A stretch of 64,000 bases of DNA from an uncultured Gemmatimonadaceae bacterium (lineage in GTDB: Bacteria; Gemmatimonadota; Gemmatimonadetes; Gemmatimonadales; Gemmatimonadaceae), in NCBI GenBank assembly GCA_963740355.1, contig CAVUDW010000002.1, positions 1,120,001-1,184,000 on the forward strand, in the 5' to 3' direction. Below the pieces are notes generated by a model, which did no database searches, was not told where the DNA came from, and was given only the letters and a program-made list of their open reading frames with translations. Below are positions 29,604 to 40,085 of the stretch, in pieces. How positions within the stretch are numbered: the first letter of the stretch is position 1; each line of letters opens with the position of its first letter. The translations under genes and the position numbers were made by a program.

Positions 29604-30349
29604 ATCGGTATTGCGTTCGCGCTTTTGCACTCACACTGCTGGCTGCGGGTTCGCTCGTGGCGCAGGAGCCGGCCAAGAAGCCCCCCTACGAATTCGTTGC
29701 GGACTTCTCACTCGCGGCGAGTCAGGGCAACCAGGAAGTGACCACAGTCGCACTCGGGCAGCGGTACAGCTATGCCTTCCCGACCTGGAAGTTCTCGCAG
29801 ACGGCGGCTGTCGTTCGCGGTACTGCGAATGGCGTGAAGAACGCCGAGTTGTACCAGGCGGGCCTGCGTGGCGACTACAACCTGACGAAGAAGCTGACCG
29901 CGTATGTCAGTGCCGCGGGCCTGCGCAACACGCCGGCGGGGCTCACCAGTCAGTTCAACGAAGGCGTGGGTCTCGGCTACAAGTTCGTCGACACGGACAT
30001 CGACAAGTTCCAGCTGTCGGCCGGTGTCGGTGCCTTGCAGCGGAAGTTCGTCGGCGCCGCCGACAGCCAGAATGACTTCGTTGGCAACGTGGACGGCCTG
30101 TATCGTCACCTCTTCTCGAAGGTGTCGTACTTCGAGCAGACGGCTGGCTTCACGCCGAACTTCACCAGCACCGATGCGTGGCTGTTCACGTCGAAGACCG
30201 CGGTGGTGGCGCCCTTGTCGGCGAAGATCGGGATCAAGGTCGGCTACCTGATCAACTACAACAATGCGCCGCCGCTCAAGCCAGCGAGCACTGAGCGCTT
30301 CAAGAAGTTCGACGGGTTGCTGACGACGGGCGTGCAGTTCACGTACTGA
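29600..30349 (+). CDS. DUF481/YdiY-like outer-membrane beta-barrel
   Basis: Signal peptide, GN motif near the N-terminus, amphipathic strands, C-terminal aromatic residue. Confidence 0.8.
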   Translation: MNRYCVRAFALTLLAAGSLVAQEPAKKPPYEFVADFSLAASQGNQEVTTVALGQRYSYAFPTWKFSQTAAVVRGTANGVKNAELYQAGLRGDYNLTKKLTAYVSAAGLRNTPAGLTSQFNEGVGLGYKFVDTDIDKFQLSAGVGALQRKFVGAADSQNDFVGNVDGLYRHLFSKVSYFEQTAGFTPNFTSTDAWLFTSKTAVVAPLSAKIGIKVGYLINYNNAPPLKPASTERFKKFDGLLTTGVQFTY

Positions 30350-30396
30350 CGTCCTGACGTACTGACGTCGTGCCGTTCGCAGGTTGCATCGATACA

Positions 30397-30435
30397 CACG
30401 AAGGGCCGGACGCAGCATTGCGCCGGCCCTTCGTG
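30397..30435. terminator. Hairpin between convergent genes
   Basis: CACGAAGGGCCGG...CCGGCCCTTCGTG. Confidence 0.7.
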
Positions 30436-30455
30436 CTGCCGTGTTCCTGACGCGA

Positions 30456-30977
30456 CTACTGCCGCGGTGTTGGTGACCAGAGCGGGGCGAACGAGTTGCT
30501 GGTGGCATCGTAAAACTTCAGCACCCCGGGAGCGCGCCACTTCGCGAGCTGGATGATCTGGCCGGTGTGCATGCTGACATGCTCGACGACGTGGTAGATC
30601 GCGCCGAAGACCGTGGTGGTGGCGCCCTGAATCACGCGCGACTCGTCGAATTGTGACTCGGTGACGGTGGCGAGCACACGATCGATCTCGAGCAGCGATG
30701 ACGTCAATGACCCGAGCAATTCCGACTTCGTGCGTCCGTCGATGGCCGAGAATTCGGCGTCGCGATCGCGTTCACCGGGCTGTAGCCCCACACCGCCAAG
30801 CAGCCACTGGCGCGCGTTGCCTTCGATATGGAGGATCAGGTTGCCGATGCTGTTCGAGCCAGCGGCTGGCCGCCACCAGATATCCTCCTCGCTCAGCGGT
30901 GTGACGGCGAGACGAATCTTCGGCAGGTACTGGTCGAGCAGGTAGGCTCGGGATTCTTCGATGAATCGATTGGGCAT
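30456..30977 (-). CDS. DinB/DUF1572-family protein
   Basis: NSIGNLILH, RDRDAEF, HVSMHTGQI. Confidence 0.88.
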   Translation of the reverse strand: MPNRFIEESRAYLLDQYLPKIRLAVTPLSEEDIWWRPAAGSNSIGNLILHIEGNARQWLLGGVGLQPGERDRDAEFSAIDGRTKSELLGSLTSSLLEIDRVLATVTESQFDESRVIQGATTTVFGAIYHVVEHVSMHTGQIIQLAKWRAPGVLKFYDATSNSFAPLWSPTPRQ

Positions 30978-30986
30978 TGGGGCTCC

Positions 30987-32240
30987 TCAGTCGGGATTCA
31001 AGCTCGCCATCGCCTCGATCCGGCGATCTTCGTCGAAGGCGTTTTCACTGCGTGAGATGACGAGTGTTGCGACACCATTGCCGATCAGGTTCGTGATCGC
31101 ACGTGCCTCGGACATGAATCGATCGACGCCGAGCAACAGCGCAATGCTCTCGACCGGGATGACCTTCATGGCACTGAGGGTGCTGGCGAGCACGATGAAG
31201 CCAGAGCCGGTCACGCCTGCCGCTCCCTTCGAGGTCACCATCAACACCAGCAGGATGCTGAGCTGCTCGCCGATCGAGAGGTCGATGCGATTGACCTGCG
31301 CAAGAAAGATCGTCGCCATCGCCAGGTAGATGGAGGTGCCATCGAGGTTGAAGGAATACCCCGCTGGAATCACCAGGCCGACGACGGTCTTGTCGCAGCC
31401 GTAGCGTTCCATCTTCACCAGCATGCGCGGCAGGGCCGCCTCGCTCGAACTCGTGCCAAGCACGAGCAGGATCTCATCCTTGATGTAGCGCAGGAATTCC
31501 CAGAGCCGGAATCCGTACATCCGACAGATGATGCCCAGCACGACGAAGATGAAGATCGCCATCGTGGCGTAGACGTCGAGCATCAATCGGCCCAATGGCA
31601 GTAGCGTGCGAATGCCGAATGAGCCGACGGTGAAGGCCATCGCACCGAACGCCCCGATCGGCGCCACCTTCATCACCAGCGCGACGATGCGGAAGAAGAC
31701 ATGCGAGATGCGGTCGAGCACATCGATCAGTGGCTTGCCGGTCGACCCGAGCGACGTCAACGCCACACCAAAGAGGACGGCGAAGAAGACGATCTGCAGG
31801 ATCTCGCCCTTGGCAAAGGCGTCGACGACGCTGCTGGGCACGATGTGCGTCACGAAGTCGACGAATTGCATGCTCTCGCCGGCTTTCGTGTATTGCGAGA
31901 TGTCGCCCTTGGCGAGCGCGGTGACATCGACGCCGTCGCCGGGCCGCGTGACGTTCACGATCACGAGGCCGATGGCGAGTGCGAAGGTGCTCACGATCTC
32001 GAAATACAGGAAGGCCTTGCCCCCGACCTTTCCCACTTTCTTCAGGTCGACCATGTTGGCAATGCCCAGCACGATCGTGAGGAAGATGATCGGCCCGATG
32101 ACCATCTTGACTAGCTTCACGAAGGTGTCGCCGAGCGGACGCATCGCCTTGCCGAGATCTGGCGCAAGGGCACCGAGCAGGACGCCAAGCGCGATGGCGA
32201 AGAGCACCTGTGCGGTGAGGTTCGAGGCAAGGCGCTTCAT
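30987..32240 (-). CDS. dctA: C4-dicarboxylate transporter
   Basis: GTSSSEAALP, GYSFNLDGTSIY, SKGAAGVTG, DRFMSEARA. Confidence 0.96.
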   Translation of the reverse strand: MKRLASNLTAQVLFAIALGVLLGALAPDLGKAMRPLGDTFVKLVKMVIGPIIFLTIVLGIANMVDLKKVGKVGGKAFLYFEIVSTFALAIGLVIVNVTRPGDGVDVTALAKGDISQYTKAGESMQFVDFVTHIVPSSVVDAFAKGEILQIVFFAVLFGVALTSLGSTGKPLIDVLDRISHVFFRIVALVMKVAPIGAFGAMAFTVGSFGIRTLLPLGRLMLDVYATMAIFIFVVLGIICRMYGFRLWEFLRYIKDEILLVLGTSSSEAALPRMLVKMERYGCDKTVVGLVIPAGYSFNLDGTSIYLAMATIFLAQVNRIDLSIGEQLSILLVLMVTSKGAAGVTGSGFIVLASTLSAMKVIPVESIALLLGVDRFMSEARAITNLIGNGVATLVISRSENAFDEDRRIEAMASLNPD

Positions 32241-32308
32241 GCGGGACGGACTTGGGGAGCGAGCGATGACCGGGGCGGAATGGACTGGCGCGAATATAAG
32301 GATGATCC

Positions 32309-33103
32309 GTGGTCGCTGACCTGCGGCAGCTGATTGGCGTGGTGGCGGCGTCGGTGCTTGGTGGCGCGGCGAATTCCGTCGCCGGTGGTGGCACGTTGCT
32401 CACGTTCCCGGCGCTGGTGGGCCTTGGCGTGCCACCTGTGGCAGCGAATGCGACATCCACCGTCGCACTCTGGCCCGGTGGCCTGAGCTCGATGCTTGGG
32501 TATCGCGACGCGCTGCGCGGCGCGCGCACGTGGGCGCGGACGCTGGTGATCCCGAGCCTGCTGGGAGGCCTGCTGGGCGCGTGGCTGCTCACACGCACCT
32601 CCGATGCGCAGTTCAAGGCACTCGTCCCATGGCTGGTGCTTGGCGCGACGCTGCTGTTCCTGTCGCAGAAACGGCTTGGTGCGTGGTTGCGCGGTCGTGT
32701 CGGTGCGGCCACACACGTGGAGAAGCTCGATAGCGACATGCCGCCGCCGCCGGGACGCTGGGCGGTGCTGGTGCAGTTCCTGGTGGCGGTCTATGGCGGC
32801 TACTTCGGCGCTGGCGCAGGCATCGTCATGTTGGCAGCGTTTGGGCTGCTTGGGCTCACCAACGTCCACCAGATGAACGGCTTGAAGAACTTCCTCGCGC
32901 TGATCTTCAACTTCGTGGCGATCCTGACCTTCGCGTTGTCGGGCCTCGTGCAATGGCCGATCGCGGTGGTGATGGCCATCGGTTCAGCTGTCGGTGGGCA
33001 CTACGCCGCTCGATTTGCACAGCGCACCAACCAGGACGTGATGCGTCAGCTGATCGGTGCGATCGGGATTGCGAGCGCAATCTGGCTTTTCCTGTCACGC
33101 TGA
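32309..33103 (+). CDS. TauE/SafE-family sulfite exporter
   Basis: NSVAGGGTLLTFP, YGGYFGAGAG, NGLKN. Confidence 0.9.
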   Translation: MVADLRQLIGVVAASVLGGAANSVAGGGTLLTFPALVGLGVPPVAANATSTVALWPGGLSSMLGYRDALRGARTWARTLVIPSLLGGLLGAWLLTRTSDAQFKALVPWLVLGATLLFLSQKRLGAWLRGRVGAATHVEKLDSDMPPPPGRWAVLVQFLVAVYGGYFGAGAGIVMLAAFGLLGLTNVHQMNGLKNFLALIFNFVAILTFALSGLVQWPIAVVMAIGSAVGGHYAARFAQRTNQDVMRQLIGAIGIASAIWLFLSR

Positions 33104-33150
33104 CTGCGTCGTCGGACAGCGTCAGCGAGCGTCAGCGAGCGTCACACGTC

Positions 33151-34023
33151 TCAGAAGCTCGACTGCGGGAGATGACCCGTTTGTGCGAACGTCATCACGG
33201 CAGCCCAGAACGATCCGTCGGGGCGCACATGCCCATCCTCATGTTTGTAGCCGTGCACGCGAACGAACGCCTTGGGCTCGTTCGCCGCACTGAAGATCCG
33301 GCGGGGCATGCTGATCGGGAAAATCTGGTCTTCATCACTGTGGACGATCAGCAGCGGGACGTGCACGGCACCGATGCTCTCGACGGTATTCCAGAGATCA
33401 GGCAGGATGGGAGCGGCCCAGCCGGGGATCGTGCCGAAGGCAACCGCCGCCTCACGCGCCGACGAATAACTCGCCACCAGGGCCAGTCCTTGCGGCTCCG
33501 GCACCAGCGCGGGGAACTCGCCCACGACGAAGCCGGAGCCGAGCGAGTAGGCCAGCGCGATGCGTCGTTGTGCGTAGGGAAACTGGATGGCCGCGTCACG
33601 CCAGGCCTGCTTCACATCCTCGGCGATCACCTCCGCCTTGCGCTCGCCGCCGCTGTTGCCGAACCCGGAGTAGTCGAACACGTAGCTCGAGATCCCCGCC
33701 TTGTAGAGCAGCGCCTGCACGTCGGCCCAATACGACACCGACTCGGCCGAGCCGTGGAAGATCACGACGACCGGCGCACGGTCACTGATCTTCGTCACGA
33801 CACCGTCGAGGTGATACGACCCACGCGGTATCACGACACGATTGAACGGCACGCCGTAGGTGGCCGGCGTCTCGGGACCGACGGGTCGCGAGATTAGTCC
33901 GTTTTTCTCCACCATGCGAAAGGCCAACTGCCGGGCGGTCACCGGCAGGACCACGAAGAGCAGGAGCGGGACAATCAGCCATCGCCACCGGACGGCGCCT
34001 TCGGGGCGCTCCCGGACACTCAT
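33151..34023 (-). CDS. Alpha/beta hydrolase with N-terminal TM
   Basis: FHG, DYSGFGNS, AYSLG, VHSDED, H; start approximate. Confidence 0.85.
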   Translation of the reverse strand: MSVRERPEGAVRWRWLIVPLLLFVVLPVTARQLAFRMVEKNGLISRPVGPETPATYGVPFNRVVIPRGSYHLDGVVTKISDRAPVVVIFHGSAESVSYWADVQALLYKAGISSYVFDYSGFGNSGGERKAEVIAEDVKQAWRDAAIQFPYAQRRIALAYSLGSGFVVGEFPALVPEPQGLALVASYSSAREAAVAFGTIPGWAAPILPDLWNTVESIGAVHVPLLIVHSDEDQIFPISMPRRIFSAANEPKAFVRVHGYKHEDGHVRPDGSFWAAVMTFAQTGHLPQSSF

Positions 34024-34333
34024 GGGCACCGTCCATAACACGATCCGGCGATCGGCAGGGTGCCGAGCACACAGTTGCAGATCGACTTGAGCGGGCTCAG
34101 CGAGAAAGCGGGCATCGCGTAGAGTGAGAAGCGAACGGCGGCTCAGGGTGGTGATGCGCCGGACAGATCGAATCTGTGGCGGAGTCGACGGTGAAAACAA
34201 CTAGTTCGGGTAACGGAGTGCGAATCGACCTGCGAAGTCGCTTGAGTGCACGCTGCAGCCCGGATAACCTGACGTATCGGTAGATCCGAGCGAAAAGCAG
34301 CACCAACTCTCCAAAACAGGCAGACAGGCTTCG

Positions 34334-35248
34334 ATGCAGCTCGGCATGATCGGATTGGGACGGATGGGCGCGAACATGACCACCCGGTTGCTCCGGGGCG
34401 GTCACACGGTGGCCGTCTTCGACCAGAATCCGCAGGCGGTGGCGACTGCCGCGGCTGACGGCGCGTCGAGCGCGACATCGCTGGCGGACCTGGTTGGCCA
34501 GCTGACGGCGCCGCGGGCGGTCTGGGTGATGGTTCCCTCCGGCGAGCCGACGGAGGCGACGGTGACGGCGCTGGCAGCCCTGCTGTCGGCCGGCGACACG
34601 ATCATCGATGGCGGCAACAGCAACTACAAGGACAGCATGCGACGCGGTGCGGCGCTGGCGGCGCAAGGCATCGCGTTCATCGACGCCGGCACCAGCGGCG
34701 GAGTGTGGGGACTGAAGGAGGGCTATGCCCTGATGATTGGCGGCGACGCCGACGCGGTGGAGCGCTTGCGCCCGATCTTCTCGACGCTGGCGCCGGCGGT
34801 CGATCGCGGCTGGGCACGGGTTGGCCCCAGTGGTGCCGGTCATTTCACGAAGATGGTGCACAACGGCATCGAATACGGGATGATGCAAGCCTATGCAGAG
34901 GGCTTCTCGATCCTTCAGCACAAGACGGAGATGCAGCTCGATCTGGCCCAGGTGGCCGAACTCTGGCGCCATGGCAGCGTGGTGCGCTCCTGGCTGCTCG
35001 ACCTGACCGCGCTTGCGCTGGCCGACAACCCGACGATGAAGGGCATCGCCCCGTATGTCTCCGACTCGGGTGAAGGTCGATGGACGGTGGCAGAAGCGAT
35101 CGACCTCGATGTGCCAGCGCCAGTGATCACCCTTTCGCTGCTGCAACGGCTTCGCTCACGCGACACCGACTCGTACGCCGACAAGTTGCTCTCGGCGATG
35201 CGCAATCAGTTCGGCGGGCACGCCATCAAGACGGAACCCACCACGTGA
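34334..35248 (+). CDS. gnd: 6-phosphogluconate dehydrogenase (short type)
   Basis: GLGRMG, DGGNS, GHFTKMVHNGIEYG, SGEGRWT, RNQFGGH. Confidence 0.97.
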   Translation: MQLGMIGLGRMGANMTTRLLRGGHTVAVFDQNPQAVATAAADGASSATSLADLVGQLTAPRAVWVMVPSGEPTEATVTALAALLSAGDTIIDGGNSNYKDSMRRGAALAAQGIAFIDAGTSGGVWGLKEGYALMIGGDADAVERLRPIFSTLAPAVDRGWARVGPSGAGHFTKMVHNGIEYGMMQAYAEGFSILQHKTEMQLDLAQVAELWRHGSVVRSWLLDLTALALADNPTMKGIAPYVSDSGEGRWTVAEAIDLDVPAPVITLSLLQRLRSRDTDSYADKLLSAMRNQFGGHAIKTEPTT

Positions 35249-36678
35249 GCAACGGCACACCCGGGTTGTCGCTGTTTGTCATCTTCGGTGCATCGGGCGA
35301 CCTCTCACGGCGAAAGATCCTCCCCGCGCTGTACCAGTTGTACGCCAATGACAGCACCAAGGCCGGCTGCGTGATTCTCGGCTTGTCGCGCAAGCCGGAT
35401 TTCGACGACTCCGGCTTTCGTGCGATCGGCGCGTCGGCGATCGGGGACAAGATTGCACCACCGGCCGATGTCGAGGCGTGGACGGCGAAGTTCTTCCACG
35501 GGCAGTCGATCGGCGAAGGCACCCCCGCCGACTATCTCGCGCTGCGCGACCGCATTGCAGCGCTGGAGCAGGAATTCGGCGCGATGACGGTGCGCGTGTT
35601 CTACGTCGCGCTGCCGCCGGAGAGTTTCCCCGCGGCGATCACTGGCCTCGGTGAGGCGGGGCTGGCAGAGCCGCAGGAGAGCACGCGGCTCGTGATCGAG
35701 AAGCCGTTCGGGCACGATCTCGCGTCGTCGCGGGCGCTGAGTGGCATCGTGCACAAGTACTTCGTCGAAGACCAGGTCTACCGCATCGATCACTATCTCG
35801 GCAAGGAGACGGTGCAGAACATGATGGTGTTCCGGTTCGCGAATGCGATGTTCGAGAACCTCTGGAACCGGAATCACATCGAGAGCGTGCAGATCACGGT
35901 GTCGGAGGACCTCGGCGTGGAAGGGCGCGCCGAGTACTACGAAAATGCTGGTGCGTTGCGGGACATGGTGCAGAGCCACCTGACGCAGTTGCTGGCGTTG
36001 GTGGCGATGGAAGTCCCGGGCTCGATGGATGCCAGCGCGATTCGCGCCGAGAAGATCAAGGCGCTGCGCGCGATCGCACCAGTCACACCATCCGATGCAG
36101 TGCTCGGCCAGTACTATGGTGGGCAGATCGATGGCAAGGATGTCATCGGTTATCGCGAGGAGCCCGGTGTGGCGGTGAATTCGCGCACGGAGACGTTCGC
36201 GGCGATTCGGCTGCACATCGAAAACTGGCGCTGGCAGGGCGTGCCGTTCTTCCTGCGTACGGGCAAGCGACTGGGCAAGCGGGTGACGGAGATCGAGGTG
36301 AAGTTCCGTCGGGCACCGGTGTGGATGTTCCGCGCCATGCACCAGGAAGAACTGCATCGCAACACGCTGGTGCTGACGCTGCAGCCGAACGAAGGGTTCA
36401 GCCTCTACTTCGATGTGAAGGCGCCCGGCGAGCCGTTCCGCGTGCAACGGCTGCCGCTGCATTTCGACTATGCCGAGGCCTTCAAGGAAATTCCGGAGGC
36501 GTACCAGACGTTATTGCTCGACGTGCTGCGCGGCGACCAGACGCTCTTCGTGCACGCGGAGGAGGTGGAAGTGGCATGGACGCTGTTCACACCCCTGCTC
36601 GACGGTGCGGTGGGCGTGCTGCCATACCCGGCTGGGAGCGACGGACCACTCGAAGCAGGATCGCTGTCATCACGATGA
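35245..36678 (+). CDS. zwf: Glucose-6-phosphate 1-dehydrogenase
   Basis: GASGDL, EKPFG, RIDHYLGKE, WQGVPFFLRTGK; GTG overlaps the gnd stop. Confidence 0.97.
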   Translation: MSNGTPGLSLFVIFGASGDLSRRKILPALYQLYANDSTKAGCVILGLSRKPDFDDSGFRAIGASAIGDKIAPPADVEAWTAKFFHGQSIGEGTPADYLALRDRIAALEQEFGAMTVRVFYVALPPESFPAAITGLGEAGLAEPQESTRLVIEKPFGHDLASSRALSGIVHKYFVEDQVYRIDHYLGKETVQNMMVFRFANAMFENLWNRNHIESVQITVSEDLGVEGRAEYYENAGALRDMVQSHLTQLLALVAMEVPGSMDASAIRAEKIKALRAIAPVTPSDAVLGQYYGGQIDGKDVIGYREEPGVAVNSRTETFAAIRLHIENWRWQGVPFFLRTGKRLGKRVTEIEVKFRRAPVWMFRAMHQEELHRNTLVLTLQPNEGFSLYFDVKAPGEPFRVQRLPLHFDYAEAFKEIPEAYQTLLLDVLRGDQTLFVHAEEVEVAWTLFTPLLDGAVGVLPYPAGSDGPLEAGSLSSR

Positions 36679-37376
36679 AAGGAGCGCCACGCGAGGTTCT
36701 CGAATTCGAGGTGGTGTCGTACGCCGAGCAGACGGCCACGATGCTGGAATGGGTGATTCGTGATGCGGTGCTGGCACGCGGTGTGTGTCGCGCTGTGCTG
36801 GCGGGTGGGCGCACGCCGGCCGCCGTGTATCGCACCCTCGCCAAGCGTCCCGACATCCCGTGGGGCAACGTGGAGGTGTACATCGGCGATGAGCGGTGCG
36901 TTCCGCCGACGCATGCCGACAGCAACTACCGCATGATCGCCGAGACGTTGCTCGATCAGGTGGCAATTCCTGAGGCGCAGGTGCATCGCTTGCGCGGAGA
37001 GCTTGGTGCTGTGCAGGCGGCAGCGGAATACGAGGCGCTGATCGATCCGCTGCCGATGCCGAAGTTCGACCTCGTGCTGACGGGGGTGGGCGCGGATGGC
37101 CACACGGCGTCGCTCTTCCCTGGTGACTCACGCGTGAGCTCGTCGACCGCGTGGGCGATGGACGCGGTGGCACCTGCGGAGTTTGCGGTGGCAGAGCGCG
37201 TGGGCCTGACACTGCGCGCACTGTGTGCGTCGCGCGTGCTGGTGGTGTTGTGCACCGGGGCAGACAAGCGTGCCATTCGCACGGCGATCCTGGACGGAAC
37301 ACCGCACGGCCGCGCGCTGCCGGCCGCGCTGGTGTCCGGTCTCGAGCGGACGGTGTGGGTGGTCGATCCCGCCTGA
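36675..37376 (+). CDS. pgl: 6-phosphogluconolactonase
   Basis: LAGGRTP, GDERCVP, SNY, DGHTASLFP. Confidence 0.95.
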   Translation: MKGAPREVLEFEVVSYAEQTATMLEWVIRDAVLARGVCRAVLAGGRTPAAVYRTLAKRPDIPWGNVEVYIGDERCVPPTHADSNYRMIAETLLDQVAIPEAQVHRLRGELGAVQAAAEYEALIDPLPMPKFDLVLTGVGADGHTASLFPGDSRVSSSTAWAMDAVAPAEFAVAERVGLTLRALCASRVLVVLCTGADKRAIRTAILDGTPHGRALPAALVSGLERTVWVVDPA

Positions 37377-37389
37377 GGTTCCGTTCGCG

Positions 37390-38400
37390 CTATTCGTCGA
37401 TTGCGAGCAGCGCGAAGGTCGCCAGCCAGTGTTCGCCCATGTAGTCACCAGCCACGTGGGCGAGGCTGGCGTCGAGATGACGAGCGGCGGCGTCGAGTGC
37501 GAGGCGCAGGCGCGGATCATCGACGGTCATCGTGCTCGCCAGATGGCGCCAGCACCAGGCGCGACTGAGGTTCAGCCCATCGAGATGCGCAATCTTGCCG
37601 TCAGTGCGATCGCTGACCGTGGCCGGCGTGAAGAGCGTGGCCGGCGCCGCATGGCTGATGTCGGGAAGAAACTGCGAGAGCCATGATGCGAACACCGCTG
37701 GCGGCAACACGCGACGCATGCACTCCGCTTCCATCAGCGCCGAGGAGAGAAATTCGTCGCTGCCGGGTTCCCACGCCTGACAGCGGGCATCGGTGCCGTA
37801 CCAGCGGCCGGCCGCGTCACGCAGCGCGGCGACGAGGGTCGATTCCCCTGCTGCTTCCGCGTACGTCAGGCTGAGCGCAATCGCGAAGGCCGTGTTGAAG
37901 TGCGTCCCGACCCGAATGGGGTAGGTGCATTTCGGCAGGAACGCCAACCATCGTGCCGTGAAGGTGTCGGCAAGTGGTTGCAGGGCCTGCGACCAGCGAC
38001 GTCCATCGTCCGAGTCGTGGAGGCGGAGTTCAGCCGCGAGCATGTGTGCCCACGCCCAGCCGTACGGTCGCTCGAACGTCGTGCGATGTGCGGGCGCGAG
38101 ATATGCCACTTCTCCAGCCACATTCTCCGCTGTGAAGTGTGTGTCGAACAGCGTGCGGATCGTCGCTGCCTCGGGAATGGCCGGCATGCGGCGCAGCAGG
38201 CGCGCGAGCAGCCAGTAGCCGTGCACACACGAATGCCAGTCATAGCTGCCGTAGAAAACCGGGTGCAACGCTCGAGGGGAGCGAAGATCCTCGGGCCCGG
38301 TGAGCACGTGCTCGAGTTTGTTCGGATACTCGCGCGTGATGTGCGACAGGGCCAGCGATGCAAACTTCGAGGCGAGGGCAGGCGTGAGCGGTGTCAGCAT
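37390..38400 (-). CDS. DUF2891-family protein
   Basis: EYPNK, FYGSYDWHSCVHG, FERPYGWAW, AHLDGLNLSRAW, YMGEHWLATFA. Confidence 0.9.
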   Translation of the reverse strand: MLTPLTPALASKFASLALSHITREYPNKLEHVLTGPEDLRSPRALHPVFYGSYDWHSCVHGYWLLARLLRRMPAIPEAATIRTLFDTHFTAENVAGEVAYLAPAHRTTFERPYGWAWAHMLAAELRLHDSDDGRRWSQALQPLADTFTARWLAFLPKCTYPIRVGTHFNTAFAIALSLTYAEAAGESTLVAALRDAAGRWYGTDARCQAWEPGSDEFLSSALMEAECMRRVLPPAVFASWLSQFLPDISHAAPATLFTPATVSDRTDGKIAHLDGLNLSRAWCWRHLASTMTVDDPRLRLALDAAARHLDASLAHVAGDYMGEHWLATFALLAIDE

Positions 38401-38406
38401 CGGGCG

Positions 38407-39363
38407 TCAGCGCGGGAAGGCAAGGAAATAGATGAGGGCCGTGTTGACGGCCAGCAGCCAGAGCGCCGTCGGTATCTGCACACGGATCACGGCGTACCGA
38501 TCGGGTAGGTCGAGCAGCGCCACAGGCACGATGTTGAAGTTCGCGGCCATCGGCGTCATGAGCGTCCCGCAGAAACCGGAAAGCATGCCAATCGCAGCGA
38601 TGATGGTCGCGTTGCCGTGCAGCCCATTCACCAGCAGCGGCAAGCCAATGCCCAGTGTCATGACCGGGAATGCGGCGAAGGCATTACCCATCAGCATCGT
38701 CAGCAAGGCCATGCCAACCGTGTATGCGAGGACCGAGAGAAATGGTGCGCCGCCAGGAATCCAACTGGCCGCCAGGGTCGCGACCACCTTGCCCACGCCA
38801 GCGGCAGCGAACACGGCACCGAGCGCCGCCAGCAGCTGCGGCAGCATCGCCGCCCACCCGACAGAATCGAGCAGCCGTCGCGCCTCGGACAGCGGAGCGC
38901 TGAGGGGCGGCCGCAACATCCACATCGCAATCGCGAGCGACAACAGCGTGGCCACGCCGAGCGACACCAGTGTCACCTGCTTTGGCTCGACGAGCTTGGC
39001 ACCGTTGATGGTGACGTAGCCGAGCGTCGCGTTCGCGAGCAGCGTGACCAGCGGAACTGCCAGCGCGGGCAGGAAGAGCTTGTTGCCCCACCGCTTCGCA
39101 CTCGCGATGCGCTCCGCGATGGTCGTGCTCTCCGCGGATGTCGATCGCACGCCGCGGAAGGTGGCGACGGCAACCATGGCGAGAATGAGGATGCCGTTCG
39201 CGAGATCGGGAAGCCAGCTCCCTGCCAGAAACGACACCGTCCACAGCCCCCAGAAGGCCGCGTTCCAGATGCGGTTGGGATTGGCCGCGTCACGAAGGTT
39301 GATCACCGCCGCGGCACCCGTCAGGATGCCCATCAGGCGGTAGAGGAATTCGAGCGTGATCAT
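38407..39363 (-). CDS. DUF979-family membrane protein (putative 5-oxoproline uptake)
   Basis: MGNAFAAFPV, GTLMTPMAANFNIVP. Confidence 0.9.
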   Translation of the reverse strand: MITLEFLYRLMGILTGAAAVINLRDAANPNRIWNAAFWGLWTVSFLAGSWLPDLANGILILAMVAVATFRGVRSTSAESTTIAERIASAKRWGNKLFLPALAVPLVTLLANATLGYVTINGAKLVEPKQVTLVSLGVATLLSLAIAMWMLRPPLSAPLSEARRLLDSVGWAAMLPQLLAALGAVFAAAGVGKVVATLAASWIPGGAPFLSVLAYTVGMALLTMLMGNAFAAFPVMTLGIGLPLLVNGLHGNATIIAAIGMLSGFCGTLMTPMAANFNIVPVALLDLPDRYAVIRVQIPTALWLLAVNTALIYFLAFPR

Positions 39364-40037
39364 GCGCTTGCCTTCGCTCGGCGCGCCTTCAGGCCTCGAT
39401 CGAGCAGCATCAGCCGGATGCCGTGGATCACGAAGGCGGCAATCGCTGTTGGGATGGCCCAGACGGCGAGCTCGGTTGGCAGGACGCGAATGCCAGCCTG
39501 CTCGAGCACCCCCTTGATGAGCAGGATCGAGCCGATTGCGATGAAGATGTCCTCGCCGAAGAAGACGCCGATGTTGTCGACCGCGGCGGCGTTGGCGCGA
39601 ATCACCTGCCGCGTGGCGTCATCGAGGTCGGGGACATCGCGATCGGCGGCTGCCTCTGCCATCGGCGCGATCAACGGGCGCACCATCTGCGGGTGCCCAC
39701 CGAGCGACACCAGACCGAGCGCCGCGGTGGCTTGCCGAAGCGCGAGGTATGCCAGCAGCACACGTCCAGTCGTTGCACCCTGCATGCGCATCACGACGTC
39801 GCGGGCGCGCTCCTTCAGTCCTGAACGCTCAAGCAGCCCGATCACTGGCAAGACGAGCCACACGATGGCGACGTAGCGACTTTCGGTGAAGGCGTGCCCG
39901 AGCGTCGTGAGTGTGGTCACGAACCCAAGGCCGCCCGCGAGCCCGGTGACGATGCCGGCGCAGGTGACGACCAGCAACGGATTGAGGCGGAACGCAAAAC
40001 CCAGCACAACAACGAGCAGCCCACTGAGGACGAGCAT
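39360..40037 (-). CDS. DUF969-family membrane protein
   Basis: LPVIGLLER, GGHPQMVRPL, FFGEDIF. Confidence 0.9.
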   Translation of the reverse strand: MLVLSGLLVVVLGFAFRLNPLLVVTCAGIVTGLAGGLGFVTTLTTLGHAFTESRYVAIVWLVLPVIGLLERSGLKERARDVVMRMQGATTGRVLLAYLALRQATAALGLVSLGGHPQMVRPLIAPMAEAAADRDVPDLDDATRQVIRANAAAVDNIGVFFGEDIFIAIGSILLIKGVLEQAGIRVLPTELAVWAIPTAIAAFVIHGIRLMLLDRGLKARRAKASA

Positions 40038-40085
40038 CGGCGGTGGTCGAGAGGGACGGTCGAAGGAAACAGTCGAAGGAAGCGG